Shown here piece by piece: positions 1 through 13,749 of a stretch of DNA of 64,000 bases. A program made the position numbers and the translations under genes. This DNA comes from Eledone cirrhosa. Lineage: Eukaryota. The stretch's first letter is position 1. Each line of letters starts with the position of its first letter. The stretch is taken from NCBI GenBank assembly GCA_964016885.1, contig OZ024755.1, positions 17,918,001 to 17,982,000 on the forward strand, written 5' to 3'. The notes beneath the pieces were generated by a model, which ran no database searches, was not told where the DNA came from, and saw only the letters and a program-made list of their open reading frames with translations.

Positions 1-715
1 TACCTTGGAGATATACAGGTAATGGATTTTCTTGAATTTATACAATGTGGAGTTTACCTTGACCACATACAGAGGTGATTTTACCTTCGAGATATAAATA
101 GTTGATTGTACCTTGGAGATGTACAGACTGGAGTTTACCTTCTTTGTGTACAGGCTTGATTGTACCTTGAATATATATATATATATAGAACGGTTTATAC
201 TGTGCAGATAAACACAGTGAATTTTTTCCTGGGAGATATATTATTGAATTTTACCTTTGAGTTATAAAGAGGATTTTACCTTCCAAGTATACAATGTGGA
301 TTTTACCTTGGAGATATACATATTGTATTTTCGTTGACAGACATACATGGTAGACATACAAATACAGTAGATTTTACCTTGGAGATACAAAGTTGATTTT
401 ACCTTCAAAATATACTGATTCTATTGTAACTTTGAATATACACCATGCTGATTTTACCTGAAATATCTATAGAGAGGATTACACCTGGGAGAAATAATGT
501 CCTAGAATTTACCTTGGAATTGAATTGAATGGATTGGATTTTACCTTGGGTCTCTAAAGTGAGTTTTACCTTTGATTTCTACTGAGCGGATTGCACCTTA
601 AAGATTTGACATGTTGATTTTATCCTGGAGATATACAGAGTGGAATTTATCATGCTGCCTTATGAGGTAAGTTTTACTTTGAATGTATAGAAAATGATTT
701 TTACCTTGAAGATGT
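1..715. repeat. Degenerate ~27-30 bp minisatellite (core ttttaccttggagatatacag), runs off the window start
   Basis: Motif (t)ttacctt(g)ga(g/a)at recurs about every 27-30 bp throughout 1-715. Confidence 0.8.
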
Positions 716-719
716 AGAG

Positions 720-800
720 CAGTGTTTCTTAACCTGGGGTGCCGGCACTCCCAAGGGATGCGAGGTTCAGTTCTTAAGGGTGCAAACAGAGGTTGAGAAA
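720..800 (+). mobile_element. hAT-like DNA transposon/MITE terminus
   Basis: Starts cagtgtttcttaacctggggtgc, resembling hAT (Charlie-type) TIRs; no matching right end found. Confidence 0.45.
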
Positions 801-1519
801 AACAACTTTTTTTTTCATTTTACCTCGCATAATTCATAGCTTTCCACTTTAGATAATGTTGTTAGATTACGTCCACATACGAAAAAGACAGAATGATCAC
901 GGCTGGAATATCTTTGATCATAACTCTGCCCAACCAAGGTTGAACTTGAACGCTAAACAACCAGCCTTATTCCCATTAAATGTCAATATTTTCCTCAACT
1001 TAAAAGGAAGATAACTTTGAAAGACCACACAATTGTTATCTCCCTTTAAATTCTGATATTTTTTTTTTTTATTATCACTATCAATCATCATCGTTTTTAC
1101 GTCCAATTTTTTTATGCTATCAAGAGTTGGACAAGATATTTTGAGACAATGTTTCATTGCCAGGTGCTTTTCCTGATTCTAACCCTTTTAGTCGCCTCTT
1201 ACGACACGCAGGGAAACAATCTACCTATGTTTTTAAAAAAACCCGGGATACAGCAAAATGTATAAAATAACGAAGAACTCAGAATTTTAACAAAGCTCCA
1301 TCATTTATATATACAGGGTGATGCAAACGTCATACACCACCTTAATTATGTGAAAACCCGTTTATATAAGAGAAACGATAATCTTTTATTTATCGTTTAT
1401 TATAACAAAATTATTTTACTGATGCACGACTTTTGTTATAATAAAGTTTATACCTCCGCCACTTTACAGTCCTTTAGAATTCTTCTTCTAACTACATCAT
1501 ATTTCTACACGCATTTGTT

Positions 1520-1720
1520 TGATTCGATCGACAAGATCCCAGATCTCATTCGTTTATCGAGTGGGGTGGAGCTCGTCAAATCGAACCAAGGAATTTCCTG
1601 GCTGAAAGAGCAACGCAAAATAAAGTGTCTTGCTCAAGAACGTAATGCATCACCCGGTCCAGGAATCGAACTGGCAACCTCATGATTGTGAATCCAATAC
1701 TTTAACTGTTAAGTTATGCG
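1520..1720 (-). mobile_element. tRNA-derived SINE, family 2 (core gaaataaagtgtcttgctcaag)
   Basis: B-box-like gttcgattcc on the minus strand plus shared core; other copies at ~3960-4110(-), 5405-5615(+), 25250-25475(-), 26550-26670(+), 31090-31335(+), 42735-42935(-), 45560-45660(-), 55900-56010(-). Confidence 0.75.
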
Positions 1721-1887
1721 GTATTAACTTAAATAATTTCCAGTGAATATCGATCTCACTAGCCTGTGAAAGTGTTTAAAACTTTTGTTACTAATCTGCC
1801 TGAAACTGCCTCTGTTTATCTAAAATCATTCCACCATGATTTTATGTAAAAATCTTTAAGTTATGTTCCATACACCAAATTAATAAT

Positions 1888-2250
1888 GGTTTCTGATTTA
1901 GGCACAGAACCAATGATTTGGGGGCAGAAGAAAGTTGATTAAATCAACCCCAGAGCATTACTGGTGATTTTATCGACCCCATAAGGATGAAAGGCAAAGC
2001 TAACCTTGGTGGGATTAGAAATCAGAAGGTAAATGGCCATAACTTTATGCTGCGTGTGCAATGGGTTTCTGATTTAGGCACAAGGCCAACAATTTGGGGA
2101 CAGGAGAAATTCGATTAACTCGACCCTATTTTATTTCTGGTACTTTATTTTATCTATTCCCCCCATCCCCATAAGGATAAAAAGCAAAGCTAATGTCTGA
2201 GGGATTTGAACTCAGAATGTAAATGAGTGTAACTATATGCCATAAAGCAT
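1888..2250 (-). mobile_element. Two adjacent copies of tRNA-derived SINE family 1 (octopod-type)
   Basis: Reverse complement of ...ttctgagttcaaatcc...tttgcctttcatcc...gtcgataaaataaagtaccag...ggccttgtgcctaaatcagaaacc. Confidence 0.75.
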
Positions 2251-3719
2251 GTTGTTCGATGCTCTACCATACAACAACTAACGTTTTCAGCCGATATTCC
2301 TCGCTAAAGTATGGGGTTAGCCTGGCAAGCCCCATGGCAAGCTTTCTCATTCTTCCCTCTAGTCTGCATGCCTATCATCTGCATAAAGCCACCTACTGTT
2401 TTATAGGGAAGGGAAAATCAATTAAATCGACCCCAGTACTTGACTAGTACTTTATTTTATTGACATCCACCCCTCCTCGGAAGGATAAAAGGCAAAATTG
2501 ACCTTGGCAGGATATGAACCTAGAATATAAAGAGCTGGAATAAATACTGCAAAGAATTTTGTCTGACACTTTAATGCTTCTATCATTGCAACCACTCTGA
2601 ATAGACTGAGCTTAATAATGAGAGTTACCATACACACTTGAATATAAGCCAACAAATATGTGACCAAAAAACCGATGGTAGAATTGGGTTTCAGGGTCAA
2701 TATTTTGACAATTTTTGCTAATTTCTCTGACATAAAATAGTGGTGTTGGCTTATATTCGAGTATATATCAAGAATTTGGAGGTAGTTAGTTATGTTACTA
2801 AATCCCTCTAAATACTTGATTATTTTCAAAATGATTTGAAAATTATAGGCATTTTTTTTTAATTAGAAATATGGTAATGAAAGGATTAAAGTGATTATAT
2901 TTATCTAAAAACCTCCAATCATAATTTTATGTAAGAACTTCTTTTAATCTATGTTCCAATCACCTAGCTTAATAATGAGAAAGTTAGTTATATTACTAAC
3001 TTTCTGATTATTTAAAAAATTATTTGAACATTATAGGCAGTGTCTTTCCTTAGAAATATGAAATTGAGAGTTATGGTGTCCTTGGCTCTAGGACCAACTC
3101 CATACTCACCACCATTCTCCAGGGAAACACCTTTTCTATTCTGTTCACCGAGGCCGCAGGGCAGCCAACGGGTTGGCTCCCATTTGCTCATGAAAAATGG
3201 GGAGAGCAGAATGGAGGAAGTGACAGTGGGAGTTTATTTCCATTGTGTTCGGACCTGGTGTATATTTATTTCCCACACCAAACCACATTAACTCTGTACC
3301 ATACACTATCTCACCACTAGTTATGATGATAGCCTCCAATTCTGCCAATCCACAAACCCGGAAACATCTGGAAACACCAGCTTATTAATGAGAAAGTTAC
3401 TTAATTTATTAAATACATCTAAATTCTTGATTAATTTTTAAATTATTTGAAATCTATAGGCAGACTTATGGAATTGAAATGGTTAAATCATGATGACTGC
3501 CTCTAACTCTTGCCTCCATAGTTAGTGGAATAATAATTGTTTCTATTTTAGGCTCAAGGCCAGCAATTATCCCCAGTGCATTACTGCAGTGGGATTTGAA
3601 CTCAAATTATAAAGGTCCATAACTGTATGCTGCAAAGCATGACGTCTGCCGACCCTCTACCGATACTGCCAATGGGATAATAATAATACCCAGTTGTAAA
3701 ATATCTCACTCTAAATGTA

Positions 3720-3940
3720 TCATCATCATCATCATTTCATTTTACGTCCACTTTTCCCTGCTTGCAAGTGTGTGACAGGAACTGATTCTGGCTTGATTTC
3801 TACAGCTGGATGCCCTTCCTAACACCAACCTCATTTACAGTGAGTGCTGGGTGCTTTTTTTCCGTGGCACCTCCACATCCACTTTACAGAGTGGGCTGGG
3901 TGCTTTTTTACCGTGGCACCTCCACGACCACTTTGCAGTG
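3720..3940 (-). mobile_element. SINE/retroposon family 3 with (GAT)n tail (core ggatgcccttcctaacaccaacc)
   Basis: (cat)n followed by a conserved body; other copies at ~8610-8780, 11365-11630, 11670-11820, 27540-27710, 33180-33360, 33950-34170, and in the opposite orientation at 41990-42275 and 43070-43205. Confidence 0.7.
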
Positions 3941-4299
3941 GAATGATATGGACCCCAGTCCCTATCATCTCATTTCTACAGCTGAGTAAACTGGAGCAAT
4001 GTGAAATAAAGTGTCTTGCTCAAGGAAACAACACATCGCCCGGTCTGAGAAATGAACTCACAACCTTTCGATTGCAAGGCCAATGCTCTAACCACTAAGC
4101 CATGTGCCTCCATATAGATATATATACTTTTTTTTTTTTTTTCTCAAACAGTGAAAATATAGAAAAAAGGAAGACAAAAATAGACAAGAAAACAAAACAG
4201 AAAATATTCTGCTTTTGCCATCTTGTATAACAGATATATTGTTCTACAAAGGGTGTGGACTCAGTTGGCCTTTTTTTTATATACATAAATATGTCTGTC

Positions 4300-4355
4300 T
4301 GTCTGTATTTATACACAGACAGACATATTTATGTATACACATACACCCACATATA

Positions 4356-4392
<37 letters not shown>

Positions 4393-4435
4393 TTGTGTGT
4401 GTATATGCATGTCTGTATGTATGTACACACACACA

Positions 4436-4488
<53 letters not shown>

Positions 4489-4540
4489 TTGTGTGTGTAT
4501 ATGCATGTCTGTATGAATGTACACACACACACACACACAG

Positions 4541-4574
<34 letters not shown>

Positions 4575-4824
4575 ACATTCATACAGACATGCATATATAC
4601 ACACATTTGTGTGTGTATATGCATGTATGTATGTATGTACACACACATATCTATATTTATTTATATGTATATAGACATATTTGTGTGTATATATGCATGT
4701 CTGTATGAATGTACACACACACACACAGATATATATATTTATATATATATATACACACACATTTGTGTGTGTATATGCATTGTCTGTATGTACACACACA
4801 CACACATATATTTATATATATATA

Positions 4825-4875
<51 letters not shown>

Positions 4876-5062
4876 TTCTATGTGTATATGCATGTCTGTA
4901 TGTACACACACACACAAACACACACATATATATACACATATTTCTATGTGTATATGCATGTCTGTTTGTATGTATACACACACACACATATATATTGTCT
5001 GTGTGTGGTGGATGTACATATATAAATGAATATATGTGTGTATATATATGTGTGTGTGTGTG
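4300..5062. repeat. Compound (TA)n/(CA)n/(TG)n microsatellite with a repeating ~60-110 bp higher-order unit
   Basis: Recurring cacatatttgtgtgtgtatatgcatgtctgtatg between dinucleotide runs; explains the overlapping YI/HT/CV-rich ORFs. Confidence 0.9.
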
Positions 5063-5649
5063 GTCTCATCTTATCTAAGAAAACATGTAAATAGATATAT
5101 GATGCTTTATTTACGAAATTTATTTTGTAAACATTTATTTATTTATCAAAACTACGTCAGCAAATAAAATGAAACATTTTTTTTTTTTTATTACTAGTTC
5201 TCTGCTAGCTTTGACAAATTATGTTATCGTCTGCATGTTACAAATAAACCAACAGCTATTTTGCTTTGTCAGTTGTTGCAGCTTCTGCTGCTATTACTGT
5301 CGTCGTCATCATCATCATTGTCGCCGCCGCCATTGTTGTTTGGCCCTAGGTCAGGAACACATTTCCATACGACATGCATTTATATTCTACAGCTATACTG
5401 TTAAGGCGTGGCTTTGTGGTTAGAACGTTGTGCCCACAATCGTAAGGTTGTGAGTTCGAATCCAGGATTAGGCAGTGCGTTGTGCTCTTGAGCAAAACAT
5501 TTTATTTCATATTACTCCAGTTCACTCAGCTGTAGAAATGAGTTGCGACGTCACTGGTGCCAAGTTGTATTGGCCATTGCCATTCCCTTGGATAACATCG
5601 GTGGCGTGGAGAGGAGTAAAAACAAAGAAAAACATGTTTTAAATTAGAA

Positions 5650-5835
5650 CATTCTTTCTCTCCTTCCACTGAGTCCAGTCGGAAACAACTGGCTCCAGTT
5701 GATCCAGCTGAGCTCATGCATATTATCAAACCGTCTTGCTCAGGGTCTCCTGCCAGTTGGTTTTGCACCTTAAAATCTGTCCAGTAATTCTTTCCTGATA
5801 CATTTTAATTACATGTCCATAATATCAGAGCTGTG
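5650..5835 (-). mobile_element. RTE-type LINE 3' fragment
   Basis: Minus strand reads GHVIKMYQERITGQIL, homologous to 7240-7300. Confidence 0.55.
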
Positions 5836-6092
5836 ATCTCTCAACCTTCCTACAAAATTTTATATAAGAACCTTTTTTTATATTGCAAATAACACCTTAA
5901 TAATGAAATAATTAATAATTTTAGTAAATTTTATGTAATAACCTTCATTAAGTTATGTTCCACCCACCAGCGTTCATTCTTTCTAACATGGGCATAAGGC
6001 CAGCAATTTAGGGAAAGGAGAAAGGTGATTATATTAACTCCAGTACTTAACTGGTACTTAAGGATACCAGCTTAATAATGAGAAAGTTAGTT

Positions 6093-6297
6093 ACCGTATA
6101 TACTCAAATATAAGCCGATCCAAATATAATCCATCCCCTATTTTATGTCTGAGAAATGGGCAAAAATCCAAACCCCATTTATAAACCAAGGCAGCTAATC
6201 AACACATTGTTTACATGACATATATAAGCCAATCTCCCATTTTCCAATCAATTTTTTTGTTTTTTTTTCTCAGCATATATTTGAATATATACAGTAT
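6093..6297. mobile_element. TA-flanked pogo/Tc-like MITE
   Basis: Inverted termini taccgtatatactcaaatataagc / gcatatatttgaatatatacagta; related remnants at ~2630-2770 and ~28830-28930. Confidence 0.6.
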
Positions 6298-6648
6298 ATT
6301 ACTAAATCCTTCTAAATTGTTGATTATTTTCGAAAACAATCTGAAAATAAGAGGCTGTATCTTTTATTAGAAATATGGTAATGAAAGGGTTATAAAAATC
6401 ACAATCTGGGTCACTGTAGACATATCAAAAATAGCTACAAATATCATTATCAAAGAGATAATTCACTGCTGTAACGATGGTAGACATAAAGAAAAATGGC
6501 TATCACCTCAAACCACATCTCAACTGAAAGAAACTGAAAGTCAAAAAAAGAAGACAATAAAAGATCTGTCAATTGTTAATGAGATTGACATGAAAAACAC
6601 AAGAGAAGAAAAGACTATATACACACATATATATATGTACACACACAC

Positions 6649-6679
<31 letters not shown>

Positions 6680-6803
6680 TATATACACGCATATATATAT
6701 AGACATATATATATAACACATATATAGACACACACACATATATATCTAGACATATACACACACACACACACATATATATATATACACACATACATACACA
6801 CAT

Positions 6804-7007
6804 ATATGAAGGTGGGCTGAAAAATTCATAAGCTGACTATGAAGGAGTGATGTTAGAGCTGTGAAATCTTGCATGCATTCATTTCAACCCTTCTTATTAA
6901 TAACTACATTGTTTCTTTCCAGGGACTATGTTGAAAAATAAACTTCATTTAGTCATTCCATGAGAGATCTTGGTCAGCCTTTGAAATTTTCAGCCAGCTC
7001 TCTTCAT
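6804..7007. mobile_element. mariner-derived MITE
   Basis: Inverted termini atgaaggtgggctgaaaaattcataagctgac / gtcagcctttgaaattttcagccagctctcttcat; related copies at 19483-19665 and 19677-19802. Confidence 0.65.
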
Positions 7008-7189
7008 GGGGTCCTTTTTGTTTTATGACCAGCCCTTCTTGGCACAAGATGGTACAATGGTTGACATTGGAAAATCAAATTGTTTAGGGAAAAAGTTTGA
7101 GACAATGTCCTCACGAAAACGATAGTTAAGTTAGTGTTAAGATATTTTATGTTGGGGCATACATAAAATATTTCAGAGAGTCACTCCAG

Positions 7190-7475
7190 GTAGAGCTGCT
7201 ACTTCTCTGATTTGAGAGATCACAGTTCTGATTCTATGGACATATGGTTAGAATGTCACAGGAAAGAATCTCTGGACAGATTTTATGGGCAAAACCAACC
7301 GGTAGCAGATCCAGAGGTAAATCCTGAGCAAGCTAGTTGGATAACATCCATAAGCTTGGCTGGTCTTGCTTGGGATCCAGCCAGATCAGTTGGAGATGGT
7401 TGCTGCTGGAAGGAGTGTTTGAGGACGCTGACCCCACGACCCTCTCAGGAATAAGTGGACAAAGAAGAAGAAGAG
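7190..7475 (+). mobile_element. RTE-type LINE 3' end with (GAA)n tail
   Basis: GHMVRMSQERI motif (GHV.RM of RTE RT C-terminus) followed by a gaagaagaag tail. Confidence 0.6.
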
Positions 7476-7590
7476 ACTTGATGTTAAATAAATTTGCATT
7501 TGTAGATAGGAAAACAATGAAAATAACTATATTCATAATGTACCACTCAAAAAACTGATTTAGAAACATTATATATATCAAGAATATATA

Positions 7591-7777
7591 GGGTGGTGGA
7601 TTGGCAGTATCGGTAGAGGGTCGGACACCATGCTTTGTAGCATAGAGTTATGGCCCTTGCCATTCTGAGTTCAAATCCCGCTGAGGTTAACTTTGCCTTT
7701 CATCCTTACGGGGTCGATAAAATAAAGTACCAGTAATGTACTGGATAATTGCTGGCCTTGTGCCAAAAGTAGAAACA
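7591..7777 (+). mobile_element. Full-length SINE family 1 with 17-bp target-site duplication
   Basis: A-box tggcagtatcggtaga, B-box gagttcaaatcc; attatatatatcaagaa repeated at 7568-7584 and 7778-7794. Other copies at 7848-8048, 9003-9250, 24167-24356(-), 29957-30120, 35282-35452. Confidence 0.85.
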
Positions 7778-10729
7778 ATTATATATATCAAGAACATGAG
7801 GAGGTAGGAGCCATTTGTAATTAGAAGCTATTATAAGCTGTCAAATAGCGGTGGATTGGCAGTATTAGTAGAGCATAAAACAACGTGTTTTGCAGCATAA
7901 GTTCTGAATTCAAATCCTGCTGAGGTTAGCTTTGCCTTTGATCATTCCAGTCGATAAAATAAAGTACCAGTAAAGCACTGGGATTGATTTAATCGACATT
8001 CCTTCCCCACAAAATTGTTGACCTTGTGCCTAAATCAGAAACCATTATAAACTGATTTATTCAGACAAATGTCCTCATCTTGGTTGTTATAATCACAACC
8101 TTTCACCCATTGTACTTTTTTACTTTTTCAGGAGTCAATTACATTTTGTATTGTTCTGTTCTCATAATTTTAAACCAATCACTTTAAGCAAATTATAGGA
8201 AGAGGTTGGTGGTAATTGTTCTTATAATTTAAAACCACTCGCACACCTTTTGGTGTGTGAACAATTGACGCACTTAATGTTAACTTGATATTTTCTTTCG
8301 TTTTGATTCTATATTTTATGTGAAATATTTATGTACTTAAGTAATAGAGATATATGTGTATGTGTTGAATTTTGACAGCTATGGCATTTGTATTTGTAAT
8401 TTCAAGCTTAGGGTTAGGGTATTGTCAGGATATTTGTTTGGGGAAAATGTGAACTTTGCTATTATGTAATTCCATGTACATTGTTTATTTTACAAGTAAA
8501 CAATGGGGAGAGGGTTGTGGTGCTTGTTCCCATTCAATTGACCATGTCCAGGAATCTTATTAATTAATTAATTAATAATAAGATGTGAATTGCTTGTTCT
8601 GTTTAAACTAGTCATCATCATCACCATTCAATGACCATTTTTCCATGATAGCATGGGTTAGACGAGTTATCCCTTTGTGAGACAAGCCAGATCAGATGAC
8701 CATGTCTTGCTCATACAGAACTGTTTCTGGCTTAGTTTCTATAGCTGGATACCCTTTCTAATGCCAAGTATATACAAATACAGTGGATGCATATCTAACC
8801 TGGCCAAATGGTTAGAAGTTTGACTTTGCAATCATAAGGTCCTGGGTTTGACCCCACTGAGTGACATCTTGGTCAAGTATTATTTACCACCCTTTGGTCA
8901 ACCCATACCTTGTAAGTGAAATTAGAATAGATGCGATTTTATTGACTTTCTCCACCCCTCAAATTTTTGGCCTTGTACCTAAATCAGAAACCATTATTAT
9001 TATATGCCATGCTTTGGAGCATAGAGTTACACCTCTTTACAGTTTGAATTCAAATCCCGCCAAGGTTAACTTTGCCTTTCATCCTTACGGGGTCAATAAA
9101 AATAAAGCACCAGTAATGCACTGGGGAAATTGCTGGCCTTGTGCCAAAAGTAGAAACAATTATTATTATAAAGTAATGCACTGGGGTCGATTTAATTGAG
9201 TTTCCTCTCTTCCAGAATTGTTGGCCTTGTGCCTCTATCAAAAACCATTATTCTCTTGGTAAGAGGTGGAGCACTCTGTAACTATTCATTCAGGAAGCTC
9301 CACCCACCCCGAATCCTGACCTCATTTTATTACCTTTTTCAACAACTGTAAGCTGGTTTTTATATATTCACATATATGTACTCACATCCTCTCTTAATTT
9401 TCTGTTTACTTTTGCCTTTTGACTACCATTCTGCAGCTATTCTTATTCTGTGTTACCATGGTTACAAATATTTAGAAATAATATTTTTTTAAATCGTTAG
9501 AAGTTGCCCAAATTTTGGATAAATTTCGAAATCCTAGGTAGTGTCTTTCATAATAAATATGGTAACGAAATAGTCAAATCCAAGCATAGGTAGGCATAAT
9601 TTTCACAGATAAAGGCTCTGCTAAGCTGATTTTGCCCTAGATATACATTTGAAAGAGAAATATCATCAGTTGCACCCCAGTGACTTAATGGTTTATAAAC
9701 ATCCATCTGGGACACACCTATGATATCATATTTCATCAAGATGAATGTAGAAATTCTTTAGTTTGTTTTAGCCTTAGCAGGAACATTAGAGCATCTGACT
9801 AAATACCTTGTCCTTGTTAAAGTTCACCTGTCAGGTCAATAAATAGGATACCAATTAAAGACAGTGGACCGGCAGAAATGTTAGAGTAATGGAAGAAATG
9901 CTTTGTGGTATTCATTCTCATTCCTTGCTCTATGAGTTCAAACCCCCTTGTCAAATTTACCTTCCATCCTTCCAGAGTCAATAAAATAAAGTACCAGTCA
10001 AGTACTGGGGTTGATTTAATTGACTTTGCCCTTCTCCAAATCAATATCGGTGTCTTCTGATTAGACACATGGCTAACTTTCACAGGAGAGCATGTCATCC
10101 ATTGCATTTCTCACCAGTGTATTAAACTGTGGTGTTGTTTGTCGTGGCACCAAAACGACCACCTTACAGTATGACCTGGGTGCTTTTTATCATGTCACCA
10201 GCATGATTACTTTACAGTGTAGACTGAGCACTTTTTGTTGTGGTACCAGAGCAAGCACTTTACAGTGTGAACTGAGCACTTGTATGTATGTGTATATATA
10301 TATATATATATTACATTCCCTTACCTCTTTTTCTTCCGCATATAAGTGTACGCGCGTGCGTGCGTGTTTATACGCGTGCCTTCATATTCTTATAATGTAT
10401 CTAACACCCTGTTTTCTCTGTATACCTGTCAAACAGACACTCATATCATGTGTGTGTCTATCGTTACATATACACAGATATACTCACCCTAATACATATA
10501 TTTACGCACACATTTTCACTATACACACGCATTTGTACATACATACATATGTATATCTGTGAGTGTATATACATAGATATATACACACCTAAATATATTT
10601 CTTAAAATATTTTTTTATATATTATATATTTTATATTTTATATGTCTATTGTATTACCTTCATCTATATATATATAATTTTTCTTGCATTTCTTGAGGAG
10701 ACTTTCAAAATATTTATCTATGTTTTATA

Positions 10730-10805
10730 TTGCCTCGTCCGACGAACGAATGAAGATGTCTCTTTCGTATTCGTCTTATTTGGGAAACCTCAGGTAATGA
10801 GGTAA
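10730..10805 (+). ncRNA. Degenerate type I hammerhead ribozyme motif
   Basis: Stem I ttgcctcgt/atgaggtaa; core CCGACGA (CUGANGA with U4>C); stem II; GAAA; short near-palindromic stem III cct-c-agg; UA. Confidence 0.55.
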
Positions 10806-10903
10806 TTATTTTGTATTGATTTTTATACATTAAATTTTGCTCTGGTACTTACATAGAGCACTCTTCACTCCTATGATTTTTTCTATTTTCAACGGAAACT
10901 TCA

Positions 10904-10975
<72 letters not shown>

Positions 10976-12308
10976 CATGGACGTCTTTACCGTTTCCATC
11001 TACCGAATTCATTCACATTGTATTAGTCAGCCTGACACTATAGTAGAAGACACAGTTGTGCAGTAAACTTAACCACAAAGCCATTTGAAAAGATATCCTA
11101 TATTTTTTAATATTGTTGAATTTTCAATTCAAGAACTTTATTCTTCATTACTTTGGTTTAATCCAACCACACAATCTAAATATTTTATCAAATTATTCCA
11201 TTGCTTTCATTACTATGTCAATAATAATTCGGCAGCTCTTAAATGGTTTGGTGTCGTGCAGGTGAGAAATGGTGGGCTAGATTGAAAACAACCAATTTTA
11301 TTCTATTCCTTTACATATATATATATATGTATTATACACACACCTACACTTACTATATATATATATCATCATCATCACCATTTTACGTTCGTTCTTCCAC
11401 GCTAGCATGGGTTAGACGGGTTGTCCTGTTGTGGGCAGTGTCCAGTTGACTGACCCTGTCTTGCTCATACGGGAACTGATTCTGGCTTGATTTCTACAGC
11501 TGGATGCCCTTCCTAACACCAACCTCATTTACAGTGAGTGCTGGGTGCTTTTTTTCCGTGGCGCCTACACGTCCACTTTACAGAGTGGACTGGGTGCTTT
11601 TTTGCCATGGCACCTCCATGACCACTTTGCACACACATTAAAGCAATGGAATAATACACACACACACACATCATCATCATCATCGTTTAACGTCCATATT
11701 CCACACTTTGGACGGGAGTTTTCCCACTTGAGGCAAGAGTGGTTGTCTTGGTCGCATAGGACTGTCTGGCGGGTTTTCTACGGCTGGATGCCCTTCCTAA
11801 CACCAACCACATTTACATGTATATATATTTATTTAATCTACTCTAATTTAAAAAATTCTATTTTTTTTTTGTAAATTATTAATTTTACCTTTCTAAATAT
11901 AAGAATATTTTAAATATGAAGCCTTAATGGAAGAGTAAATTAGAATATTTGGCTTTCATGGTTTTCACAAGACCTCCATTTTAAAATGTAATATAAAGTT
12001 TCAAGTTTTAATCCTTTTTGATCAGATTAATAGTTAAGCTTATAAAATTTTCTCTGTTTTTCCTTATTGACCAATATGTTTCACTTGGAGATATTTCTAC
12101 CATATTGCCATTAGTTTAATGGTAAACTAGTTCAATTTACAACCAAGAATTCCTGGTTTCTTGGGCAAGGGTTTTCTACTGCAGTCCCTCAGGTTCACTA
12201 GTGCTTTAAGAGTGATGTTTGGTATTTTGATAAACAGAGACTGTGTGGAAGACCATGATGTCTACATTGAATACATACATACATATACTTCATGTGTGTA
12301 TGTGTGTA

Positions 12309-12343
<35 letters not shown>

Positions 12344-13749
12344 TTAGCGAAGTTGACCTTGGTGGGATTTAAACTCAGCAAAAGTGCACAGATCACCCTG
12401 TAAAGTGATTGTGTTGGTGTCATAACAAAAAGCGCCCAGCCCACACTGTCAAGTGCTTGTTTTGCCATGATAAAAAGCACCCAGTCCACACAACTCGTCT
12501 AACCCATGCTAGCATGGAAAAATGGACGTTAAATGGTGATGGTGATGATGAGTGTTAAAAGCCAGAACAAACACCACAATGCCATTTTATCTGATGCTCT
12601 ACAGATTCTGCCACTTCACCATCCTAGAAGGCACCAATATTAACATTTCCACACTATAAATCATGTGACCAGTCGATGTCATTAGATAGGCAGAATTGTT
12701 CAGAGCCATGGGAACTGCCCTTCCCTTTCCTTCTTGATTACAAGTGTTTTTAATGCCATTTCCCCTATTAAAACAGGGGTCCGCATGGCAGACCCCCATT
12801 TTCGTTGCTAAAACAGTATTGCAGACCCCATGATAGACGAGGTTCATACATATCATGGAGTCCTTTTCTGAGGCAATATTTTATGACTGGATGCCCTTCT
12901 TGGCCCTATGATAAACTTCATTTTACCCTTCCTTCCCTGATTTCAACAAACGTTTTAATACCATTTACCCTGCTAAAACAGGAAGTCGGCATTGCAGACC
13001 CTTGCGATAGACAGGGTATACATATAATGAGGTCCTTTTGGCCACATGATATACTTCATACCTTTTATGGGGTCGTTTTTGAGACAATATTTGACAGCCA
13101 AATGTCTTTCCTGACAACAACCATTTTAATCTCTTCTTACGACACACACACAATAGTACAGTTGTAACAATATACCTATTCTAAACCGGATGCACACAAC
13201 ACACCCTGGTTTAAACAGTCAAGAAAGACAGAAAGAAATAAAGAAAGAAATTTTTTTGCACTCATTTGTTAATGCCCCAATTCATATTACTTCGAACAGC
13301 CCTGACTTGTATGACTACAAAGATCAGATAGGTTGTTTTGTTTTCCAGTAGAAAACAGAACGAATGACCTTACTGATCATAAGAATCTATAAATACTTAA
13401 GCGAATTGTTGTTTGAAACCAGTAGGAAACATTGGTTTCTGTCAGGAAAGATGGCTTGAAAACACAGACTGTTTGGTTGGTCACTTTTAGTTCACGGAAG
13501 CCTTTCCGTTGGCTGTCACTTTTTTTAAGTGGTTCTATCAGATATGGTAAATATAACAACACTAGTGGAATTGTTCGAAGGCTGTGTGGAAAGGTGAAGT
13601 TACTTGAAGATAATGAGAATTGAATTAAAAGATTAAAAATATTTAAATTAAATTAAATTAATAAAAATTCTATTTCGTTTTGATTGAAATAATGGTTTCT
13701 TTTGTTAATTACTTGCATAATAACGAAAATATAATATTAATATTGATCA

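Noticed and set aside
918-1157. 79-aa minus-strand ORF
   Set aside because: No recognisable domain or splice context; lies among repeat fragments.
4215-5078. Long overlapping ORFs (up to 287 aa) rich in YI/HT/CV
   Set aside because: Translations of dinucleotide microsatellites; the same applies to ORFs at 6541-6803, 10830-11043, 14666-16209 and 22098-22553.
7591-7690. tRNA gene (A and B boxes)
   Set aside because: Head of a SINE: no cloverleaf, continues into the SINE body and has a TSD.
8407-8419. Telomeric repeat (ttagggttagggt)
   Set aside because: Only two units; not an array.
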